From Sulfurospirillaceae bacterium (lineage in GTDB: Bacteria; Campylobacterota; Campylobacteria; Campylobacterales; Sulfurospirillaceae), in NCBI GenBank assembly GCA_033723415.1, contig JAWVXD010000001.1, positions 384,001 to 448,000 of the forward strand: 64,000 nucleotides of DNA, given 5' to 3'. Shown here one piece after another: positions 30,010-37,085 of the stretch (position 1 is the first letter of the stretch; every line of letters begins with the position of its first letter). The notes below the pieces were generated by a model. It saw nothing but the letters and a program-made list of their open reading frames with translations. It made no database searches and was not told the DNA's origin. The position numbers were made by a program, and so were the translations under genes.

Positions 30010-30560
30010 ATTACAACGTAATTACAAAAGATATATCTAACGGGCTATCTCTTAGTCAAAGCAATACACTTGGAAAAGGAGATTATATTATCTTAAGATA
30101 TGCGCCGGATCTTGCGAATGTACGAGTGAGATTAAACAGCCCTGATGCTCCTGCAATAAGTATGATACAAGATGACAGCATCAATGCAAAAGGCATAAAT
30201 CTTGTATATATCGAGTGTGACCCAGTAGCAGCAGAAAAGATAATCTTTGCCCAGGGCAATACAGATCTAGACTTTCAAATCAATCCGGCTCCTGCTCTTA
30301 AAACTGTAAATGTAAACGGATCTTTTATGCCGCGTACGGATCAAAAACAAACGATAGCTGCAGGAGCAAATTTTATATTAGACACAACGACACTTAAAGC
30401 GATCAGGTTTCTAGCTACTGATTACGTTGATGTGTCACTCAATGGCAGTGCAATAAACTATCAAATGCTAGAAGATGAGATCTACACGGGTAATATCACG
30501 TCGTTAAAGTTTACAAACAACACGGCTTCAGCCATTGATCTTGTAATATGGGAGATGTAA
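30006..30560 (+). CDS. Beta-rich virion protein, penton/vertex candidate
   Basis: Alternating hydrophobic beta-strand pattern; lies between the membrane proteins and the spike. Confidence 0.5.
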   Translation: MNYNVITKDISNGLSLSQSNTLGKGDYIILRYAPDLANVRVRLNSPDAPAISMIQDDSINAKGINLVYIECDPVAAEKIIFAQGNTDLDFQINPAPALKTVNVNGSFMPRTDQKQTIAAGANFILDTTTLKAIRFLATDYVDVSLNGSAINYQMLEDEIYTGNITSLKFTNNTASAIDLVIWEM

Positions 30561-30561
30561 A

Positions 30562-30942
30562 ATGTTAGGTATTTCAAGAGCTTTGGTAGAAAAACTTTTC
30601 GCAAAAAAAAGCGACAAAAATCAGTGTACAGCTTGGGTTGTATTTGACGGAACAACAACTCCTCCAACAATAAAAGATAGTTATAATGTTATTTCTGTTA
30701 CTAAAATTGCAGTCGGTGTCTACGATATAAATTTTACAATACCTATGAAAAATATAAACTACCAAACAAGTGGATCTGTAACAGATGATAATTCTTCTAG
30801 TGGGTTTATCTATGAAAGAGGCACTTTTGCACAAAATAGAACCGTTAATAAATGCAGAATTGTAACTATTCAGATATCTGGAGGTAATACAAGTACAGTT
30901 GATCGTTCAGGGATAACATTCAGCGCAATTGGAGGTATCTAA
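30562..30942 (+). CDS. Receptor-binding spike / tail-fibre-like domain protein
   Basis: AWVVFDG....IKDSYNVISVTK..VGVY.INF resembles a widespread phage fibre-tip domain. Confidence 0.65.
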   Translation: MLGISRALVEKLFAKKSDKNQCTAWVVFDGTTTPPTIKDSYNVISVTKIAVGVYDINFTIPMKNINYQTSGSVTDDNSSSGFIYERGTFAQNRTVNKCRIVTIQISGGNTSTVDRSGITFSAIGGI

Positions 30943-31253
30943 TGGGATATTTTAAAGTAGTTAACGATTATGTTCAAACGTGTAGTAAAAAAATAGATGA
31001 TACTTGGTTTCCAATTACTAGAGATCAAAACGGAAATATCATCGGGCCGAGTGTTCTAGTCACGCAAATTGCAGATGAACAAAAAGCAACTTCAAACGCA
31101 AAAATAATGCAGCAGATAACAGCACTTGAAAGTGAACTGATAAGACCGATGCGAGAGCTTTTAAGCTCAATTGTAACAGACAAAACCTATGCTCAAACAA
31201 AGGTAAATGACATCGAAACAAAAATTGAAGCTTTGAGGGCTCAAATTGTCTAA
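30942..31253 (+). CDS. Putative fibre assembly chaperone-like protein
   Basis: C-terminal helix QITALESELIRPMRELL...IEALRAQI, as in proteins encoded after fibre genes. Confidence 0.5.
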   Translation: MGYFKVVNDYVQTCSKKIDDTWFPITRDQNGNIIGPSVLVTQIADEQKATSNAKIMQQITALESELIRPMRELLSSIVTDKTYAQTKVNDIETKIEALRAQIV

Positions 31254-31779
31254 GAAAAAAATAATAGCCTATGGCTCTTTTTTGGTGTCATTGGTATATT
31301 TTAGGAGTTTTTTTATGTACGGATTAATTTCAAAAAAACATTTGGACGAAATTATCGTCAATGTAGTTAATACACTAGGTGGAGGTCAAAATGCTATAGA
31401 TCTTTTAAGCGAAACGGCTATGTCGGAGACACACTACGGAGATACACCGGACCTACACTTACACAGCGGTTATGGAATTTTTCAATTTGATAAGCCAGGC
31501 TTTGATGATGTAGTTGCCAGAACACCGCAAAGTACAAAGGATCTCATCAAAAAAGTCTATGACATTGACATCGATCAAGTCAGCATATTGGCGCTGCAAT
31601 GGTCGCCGCTTTTAAGTACGATCTTTGCACGACTTTTTTACATGCTTCGCCCTGGTGCGATCCCTGATACAATTCAAGGACGGGCACAGTATTGGAAACA
31701 GTATTACAACACTTTTGCGGGAGCAGGAACGGTGCAACATTATCTTAATGCAAACCAAACCGAAAGGTTTAACGCATGA
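31246..31779 (+). CDS. Lysozyme-like / lytic transglycosylase (muralytic) protein
   Basis: ETAMSET..G, GYGIFQ and A.YWKQYYNT..GAGT motifs; alternative start ATG at 31315 with AGGAG SD. Confidence 0.65.
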   Translation: MSKKKIIAYGSFLVSLVYFRSFFMYGLISKKHLDEIIVNVVNTLGGGQNAIDLLSETAMSETHYGDTPDLHLHSGYGIFQFDKPGFDDVVARTPQSTKDLIKKVYDIDIDQVSILALQWSPLLSTIFARLFYMLRPGAIPDTIQGRAQYWKQYYNTFAGAGTVQHYLNANQTERFNA

Positions 31780-32156
31780 CACCAACTTTAAATAATAATT
31801 TAGCGGATATGTTTGTTGCGTCCACACCGGTTTTGCAGACGGCACCGATACAGTCAAGCAATTTAAGTACATTTGATAAGATATTATACGGTTATGATAA
31901 TATGATCTCAAATGCTAGTAATTCAGCAGATCAAACGCTTACAGATCAAGCGATTGCACAAGAAAAATTTAAACAAAATGCATCGAATATGTATACAAAT
32001 TTTAAAGCAAGTCTTGGCAGCGCATACGATACGATCAGCAAAGATCTAAATATCTCAAAAAATATTTTGATCTATGGCAGCATTGCCGCCGGATCTCTTT
32101 TTCTTTGGGATAAGATCGGGCGTGATATTTACTACATGACACAAAAGGGGAAATAA
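31776..32156 (+). CDS. Virion membrane protein
   Basis: Overlapping start; C-terminal TM ILIYGSIAAGSLFLW. Confidence 0.65.
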   Translation: MTPTLNNNLADMFVASTPVLQTAPIQSSNLSTFDKILYGYDNMISNASNSADQTLTDQAIAQEKFKQNASNMYTNFKASLGSAYDTISKDLNISKNILIYGSIAAGSLFLWDKIGRDIYYMTQKGK

Positions 32157-32278
32157 TGCACGAAATAGCAATGTGGATGCAAATTTTAACACCGGTAGTT
32201 ATTTTGCCACTAGCAAAGACTTTAAGCGATCTAAAAAGAGACGTTGCCGTTCTTATGGAACGTACAAAGGGAATGTAA
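32156..32278 (+). CDS. Small hydrophobic/coiled-coil viral protein (40 aa, absent from the ORF track)
   Basis: TAATG overlap with the previous gene; MHEIAMWMQILTPVVILPLAKTLSDLKRDVAVLMERTKGM. Confidence 0.65.
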   Translation: MHEIAMWMQILTPVVILPLAKTLSDLKRDVAVLMERTKGM

Positions 32279-32279
32279 T

Positions 32280-32414
32280 ATGGACTTAACACAAGCAAGC
32301 AACGCAGTCGGAGCACAAATAAAAGAAGGGATCATACAATCTGGTAAAGATATCGGTTTTAAGATTACACTTGGTTTATGTATTATTGCAATCGCAATTT
32401 ATGCTAAAAAGTAG
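32280..32414 (+). CDS. Small viral membrane protein (44 aa, absent from the ORF track)
   Basis: Starts 1 nt after the previous stop; C-terminal TM ITLGLCIIAIAIYAKK. Confidence 0.65.
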   Translation: MDLTQASNAVGAQIKEGIIQSGKDIGFKITLGLCIIAIAIYAKK

Positions 32415-32439
32415 TGACGAGATCTCGTCACACTTTTTT
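32414..32439 (+). terminator. Intrinsic terminator of the viral structural operon
   Basis: Palindrome gtgacgagatctcgtcac followed by a T-tract. Confidence 0.7.
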
Positions 32440-32658
32440 AATCTCTTTTTTGTCTTAAGTTTCAAATCAACCTTAAGCCTTTTTCTATCTCGGATCTCCT
32501 GGCGCTGCACAAATCAAAACTACTATAAAATCGACATTTCATTTTTTAAAAAATTTATAAAATCGTTTAAGTTTCAAAATAACCTTAAACGATTTTATTC
32601 ATATAGATCTTCTTCTTTATGATATACTTTTCTAAAAATTTATATCAAAAGGCTTTAT

Positions 32659-33057
32659 ATGACAAAAATTATACTCTCAAGCATAGCGATATCCGCCCTA
32701 TTCTTTGGATGTGCTAGTAAAGAGCCATTATCAACCGTTGAAGCAACTGACTACGCTATGAGCTGCAATGCTCTTATAAGTGAAATTAGCGACATAAGAT
32801 CACAACTACAAACGGAAGAAACTACAAATGAAGCTAAAAATATCATCGGTAAAACTTTAACATTCGGAATTTATAGCGCAGACAATGAAAAAGCCATACT
32901 TTTGCGCGAACGTGCAAAGAGTTTACAGCTTATATATACAATAAAACAAGCAAAAAATGAGTGCAAACAACTAACTGAAAAAGATCTACAAGTAAATAGC
33001 ACACCCGTGAGAGAAATAAAAAATCTAAAAGCACAAACAAAAGAGCTTAAAAATTAA
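32659..33057 (+). CDS. Proviral lipoprotein (moron / superinfection-exclusion candidate)
   Basis: Signal peptide with lipobox FFGC; own TGaTATACT extended -10 at about 32619-32627; flanked by hairpins. Confidence 0.7.
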   Translation: MTKIILSSIAISALFFGCASKEPLSTVEATDYAMSCNALISEISDIRSQLQTEETTNEAKNIIGKTLTFGIYSADNEKAILLRERAKSLQLIYTIKQAKNECKQLTEKDLQVNSTPVREIKNLKAQTKELKN

Positions 33058-33094
33058 TTTCGCGCCAGATCTTTACGTTCAAACTCAAAAACTA

Positions 33095-33136
33095 TAAATT
33101 TACCCTTTCAGGATTAATTCTTTGAGGGTAAATTTA
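33095..33136. terminator. Hairpin downstream of the lipoprotein gene
   Basis: 12-bp perfect inverted repeat taaatttaccct / agggtaaattta. Confidence 0.55.
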
Positions 33137-33454
33137 AACAATCTCAAAAATTATAGGTACTTGCCTATAAATAAAAAAAATTGATTGTAGAGCGTTTGAG
33201 AGCGTTTTTTTACTCAATAAAATCTCAACTTCAAAAATCTTTCACATATAAACAGCTTATGTACGGTGCTTTGATCCTAAATCAAAGCACTAAAAAGCAC
33301 GCGACAGCGTGTTTCATCCTAAGAGCAAAGAAAAACACAGCCGCGAGGCTGTTTCCTTATTGAGTCGCAGCGACGCGAAAATCAAATCAAGCCTAAATAA
33401 TATTATTTATCTAAGATATCTATCAAAAAAAGACTTTGTATATATATAGGAAAC

Positions 33455-33528
33455 CTAGTGTCTCATAGACACCAGAAAGTAATGACCTAGTGTTTCATAG
33501 ACACTAGCTGTTGTCTCACAGACACTAG
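33455..33528. repeat. Three 21-bp palindromic repeats (iteron/operator-like) followed by an AT-rich tract
   Basis: ctagtgtctcatagacaccag (33455), ctagtgtttcatagacactag (33487) and ctgttgtctcacagacactag (33508). Confidence 0.8.
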
Positions 33529-33683
33529 ATAATAAAAAATTTATTAATTTTTTAAAAAATTAAGCTTGGTTTAAAAAGTTTAGTATTAGAATGGTGCTTT
33601 AAGTTTCAAAGCTACGAAGAGTAGCCGTGCAATGCTTGCAACAAAACACGGCTTACAAATACAACCTATTACGGAGGTTATAA

Positions 33684-33866
33684 ATGTATTACAATCAAAT
33701 TATATCCACAAATCCTTTCAATATACTTAAATTTTCTTCAAAATCAAAATTAACCTTAAACAAAAAAAATGTTATAAAGTTTGAAAATAATATTTCAAAA
33801 TACCCTATTTATCGAAGTTTTGAAATGGTGTCAACTATAATTTCCAAACTTTTATTAATATGCTAG
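33684..33866 (+). CDS. Proviral ORF spanning attR; C-terminus replaced on integration (80 aa in the circular form)
   Basis: Strong GGAGG SD; the frame continues through the att core into 24623-24712. Confidence 0.6.
   Translation: MYYNQIISTNPFNILKFSSKSKLTLNKKNVIKFENNISKYPIYRSFEMVSTIISKLLLIC
33833..33856 (+). other. attR: partial difH (core and right arm)
   Basis: aactataatttccaaacttttatt versus attL aactgtaatttccaaactcttatt (22/24). Confidence 0.88.
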
Positions 33867-33871
33867 ATAAT

Positions 33872-33901
33872 AGAGAGTCCAAATAATATATTGGACTCTC
33901 T
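33872..33901. terminator. Intrinsic terminator hairpin downstream of the Sel1 gene
   Basis: 11-bp stem agagagtccaa / ttggactctct. Confidence 0.65.
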
Positions 33902-33919
33902 TCTTTGAATCTAAGTTTA

Positions 33920-35692
33920 TTATTTTTTATCACAAAGGTTTGAATATAGTTTGCACAAATAATTCAAACCTTTTACAGCAAACTTATTACCTTGTTTTGA
34001 TGCTCTCTCAAATTCTTCTTTTGCTTTATACACATCTTTATCCACTCCAAACCCTTTGAAATACATATAACCAAGCATGTATTGAGCTTTTGAATAATTC
34101 TGTTTTGCCGCTTTTTGATAAAATCTAAAAGCAACATCATATTTTTTAGGTACACCATGTCCCAAATAATACATATTTCCCATATTATACTGTGATGGTG
34201 CATAGTTTTTCATAGCAGCTTTTAAGTATAATTCTACTGCTTTTTTGTAGTTGATTGGGACACCCCTTCCCATTTGATATACAATACCAAGATTATTCTC
34301 TGCAAGAACATAATTATGATCAGCTGATCTAGTATACCAATACAAGGCTAGTTGATAATCAACTTTCACACCCAGCCCTTTTGTATACATATAACCTAAG
34401 TTATATTCCGCTTTTGGATAGTTTTTTGTTGCAGCCTTTTTATATAATTTTATAGCAAGTGGATAATTTTGTTTTACGCCTTTTCCTATCATGTATAGAT
34501 TGCCTAAATTATACTCTGCTTCCGGCATATTATATCTAGCTGCTTCTTCATATAATTGAGCTGCCTTCATATAATCTTGCTTTACACCATATCCGTATTG
34601 ATATAATACACCAAGATTATTTAGTGCTTTTGTATCATGTTGAGCTGCAGCCTTTTTATACCACTTAACAGCTTTGGTATAATCAGTCTTGACTCCTTGT
34701 CCGTATGCGTACATGTATCCTAGATTATATTGCGCCTGATGCATATTGTTTTTGGCAGCTTTTTTGTATAGCTCTATAGCCTTGGCATAATCAACATCAA
34801 CGCCATGTCCATACTGGTACATAACACCTAAATTGTTCTGCGCCAAGGGATAATTTTGATCAGCTGCCCTTTTGTACCATTTAAAAGCATTTTTGAAGTC
34901 CGCAACACCTTTATTATAGTGTTCATAAGCATAACCCAGATTGTACTGGGCTTGAGCCAAGTTTTGTTTAGCTGCTAGAGTATAAAGAGAAAGGGCTTTA
35001 TCTTCATCTTTCTCAACACCTCTTCCCAACTCATACATTATTCCTAGATTATTTTGAGCCAATGGGTAATGTTGTGCAGCAGCTTTTTTATACCAATACA
35101 CTGCCTTCTCATAATTTACTTTTACCCCTTGTCCGTATGCATACATATACCCTAGATTATACTGAGCTTCGGGCATATTACTTTGGGCCGCTTTTTTATA
35201 CAAGTCTAAAGCTTTAGCATAGTCTTGTGCGACTCCTTTACCTCGTTGATACATATTCCCTAAATTATTTTGAGCCTTATCAAAGTTTTGATCGGCTGCT
35301 TTTTTATACCATCTGAGAGCTTCTTGATAATCAACTGAAGTGCCATCACCTTTTTCATAAATATAAGCTAGATTATATTGTGCCTGAGGCATATTTTGTT
35401 CAGCTGCATGCTTATAGTATTCTATTGCTTTTGAATAGTCTATATCTACACCGTTGCCAAATTGATACATAGTACCTAGGATATACCAAGCATTTGCATT
35501 ATTATCTTGAATTGCTGCTTGTTTAAAGTACTTTAGGGCTTGTTCGTACTTGCCTTGGTCATAGTAGTTAATCGCAGTATTAAAAACTTTGCTATGTGTC
35601 ATGATTTGACCTGTTTTTGGCTGAGATGTAGCACACCCGCTAAATAAAACTATAGCAATTGTCATACTAATTTGAACAAGAATCTTTCTCAT
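33920..35692 (-). CDS. Sel1-like repeat lipoprotein
   Basis: Lipobox FSGC; about 15 36-aa repeats of A(Q/E)(Y/N)NLG.MY..G.GV..DY..A..WY.KAA. Confidence 0.93.
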   Translation of the reverse strand: MRKILVQISMTIAIVLFSGCATSQPKTGQIMTHSKVFNTAINYYDQGKYEQALKYFKQAAIQDNNANAWYILGTMYQFGNGVDIDYSKAIEYYKHAAEQNMPQAQYNLAYIYEKGDGTSVDYQEALRWYKKAADQNFDKAQNNLGNMYQRGKGVAQDYAKALDLYKKAAQSNMPEAQYNLGYMYAYGQGVKVNYEKAVYWYKKAAAQHYPLAQNNLGIMYELGRGVEKDEDKALSLYTLAAKQNLAQAQYNLGYAYEHYNKGVADFKNAFKWYKRAADQNYPLAQNNLGVMYQYGHGVDVDYAKAIELYKKAAKNNMHQAQYNLGYMYAYGQGVKTDYTKAVKWYKKAAAQHDTKALNNLGVLYQYGYGVKQDYMKAAQLYEEAARYNMPEAEYNLGNLYMIGKGVKQNYPLAIKLYKKAATKNYPKAEYNLGYMYTKGLGVKVDYQLALYWYTRSADHNYVLAENNLGIVYQMGRGVPINYKKAVELYLKAAMKNYAPSQYNMGNMYYLGHGVPKKYDVAFRFYQKAAKQNYSKAQYMLGYMYFKGFGVDKDVYKAKEEFERASKQGNKFAVKGLNYLCKLYSNLCDKK

Positions 35693-35741
35693 ATCTATTC
35701 CTTATAAGTTTAGTTTTTATTTTAGAATTTAAACAAAATCT

Positions 35742-36113
35742 CTACTCACCAAAGATGATAACCTCATAGCTGTCTCTTTTTACTATAGGATTTTCAACGG
35801 TATCGTTGCCTTTTTTATTAAATTTGTTCAATTGTTCTTTCAAATCATCTATAGTTTCTTCATACTCTTTAAGCTTATCTTTGAGTTGGATTATAATATC
35901 CACACCTGCCAAGTTGACTCCAAGATCACGAGTAAGTCGCTGTATCATTTTGATTTTATCAATATCCTTTTGAGAAAAGAGTCGCATCTTTCCATCTGTT
36001 CTAGAAGGACAGATCAAGCCTTCTCTTTCATATTGTCTTAGTGTTTGAGGATGGATAGTCAAAACTTTTGCAACCACACTTATAAGATATACCGGTTCGT
36101 CATATGCATGCAT
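35742..36113 (-). CDS. hspR: Heat-shock repressor HspR (MerR family)
   Basis: YDEPVYLISVVAKVLTIHPQTLRQYEREGL; downstream of cbpA. Confidence 0.95.
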   Translation of the reverse strand: MHAYDEPVYLISVVAKVLTIHPQTLRQYEREGLICPSRTDGKMRLFSQKDIDKIKMIQRLTRDLGVNLAGVDIIIQLKDKLKEYEETIDDLKEQLNKFNKKGNDTVENPIVKRDSYEVIIFGE

Positions 36114-36130
36114 TTTTAATGTCCCCTTTT

Positions 36131-37018
36131 CTACTCTGGTAATTTTTCTTTCATCATCTTTTGTAGATTTTCATCTAGAGCGTTTACATCAGGAAGCACG
36201 ATATTTGCTTTCAAATACAAATCGCCTTTTTCTTGTGTTTTTCTATTGATGACACCATAGCCTTTTACACGAAATTTTTGTGCATTTTTCGTATTTTCTT
36301 TGATTTTTAACGTAACTTCTTTATATGGAGTCTCAACAGTTACTTTTCCTCCAAATAATGCGGTTTTTAAGTTGATATCAACACTTCTTACAAGATCATC
36401 TCCGTCTCTTTCATATACTGGACTGTCTGCCACCTCTACACTTAAAAAGAGGTCGCCTCTTTGCCCCTGATAAGATTTACCTTTGCCTTTGAGACGCATT
36501 TTCTCACCATTTTTAATACCTGCTGGAATCTTGATATCAAAATTTTCATTATTAAAAGATATTGAATGTTTACCGCCAAGAATAGCAACATTGAAAGGTA
36601 TCGTTATTCTAGCTTCCACATCTAGATCCGGAGCTTGAAATCCTGAAAATCCTCCATTTGAAAATCCTCCGGAGAACCCTCCTCTGCTAAAACCGCCAAA
36701 TCCGGCACCACCCATGCCTCCGCCAAAAATATTTCTCAATATTTCATCTAAATCAGCATTTCCGCCTTGACTAGATGCGAAATCATGGAAATTTTGGCCA
36801 CCAAACATATTATCGCCGTATTGATCGTATTTTTTTCTTTTTTCACTATCTTTTAGTATTTCATATGCGGCATTGATCTCTTTAAATTTTTCTTCTGAGC
36901 CCTTTTCTTTATTTACATCAGGATGATATTTCCTTGCTAATCTGCGATATGCTTTTTTTATTTCATCTGCAGATGCATCACTTGAAACACCTAATGTGTC
37001 GTATAAACTTGCACTCAT
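36131..37018 (-). CDS. cbpA: DnaJ-class co-chaperone CbpA
   Basis: J-domain with HPD, G/F-rich region, no zinc finger. Confidence 0.92.
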   Translation of the reverse strand: MSASLYDTLGVSSDASADEIKKAYRRLARKYHPDVNKEKGSEEKFKEINAAYEILKDSEKRKKYDQYGDNMFGGQNFHDFASSQGGNADLDEILRNIFGGGMGGAGFGGFSRGGFSGGFSNGGFSGFQAPDLDVEARITIPFNVAILGGKHSISFNNENFDIKIPAGIKNGEKMRLKGKGKSYQGQRGDLFLSVEVADSPVYERDGDDLVRSVDINLKTALFGGKVTVETPYKEVTLKIKENTKNAQKFRVKGYGVINRKTQEKGDLYLKANIVLPDVNALDENLQKMMKEKLPE

Positions 37019-37064
37019 ACCTTTTTACCTCTTGTATTAATTTGATATGAATTCTACCATAAAA

Positions 37065-37085
37065 CTTTAGTCTATGTCAATCAAG
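37065..37085. promoter_or_regulatory. HAIR (HspR-associated inverted repeat) operator
   Basis: CTTTAGT-N7-AATCAAG versus consensus CTTGAGT-N7-ACTCAAG, upstream of cbpA-hspR. Confidence 0.75.

Larger units (their letters stand above)
24619..33856 (+). mobile_element. Integrase-less tailless double-jelly-roll provirus (STIV/PM2-like) inserted at difH
   Basis: Tightly packed co-oriented viral genes (rep, holin, packaging ATPase, MCP, membrane proteins, spike, lysin) bounded by a 22/24 direct repeat (24619-24642 and 33833-33856); unit length 9214 bp. Confidence 0.88.

Noticed and set aside
32371..32622. 83-aa ORF
   Set aside because: Overlaps the 32280-32414 gene and runs through its terminator; no SD
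33181..33363. 60-aa ORF in the viral non-coding region
   Set aside because: TTG start, no SD, and it coincides with the hairpin cluster
33455..33528. Palindromic repeats as a CRISPR array
   Set aside because: Only three 21-bp units separated by 11 and 0 bp; no spacers and no cas genes
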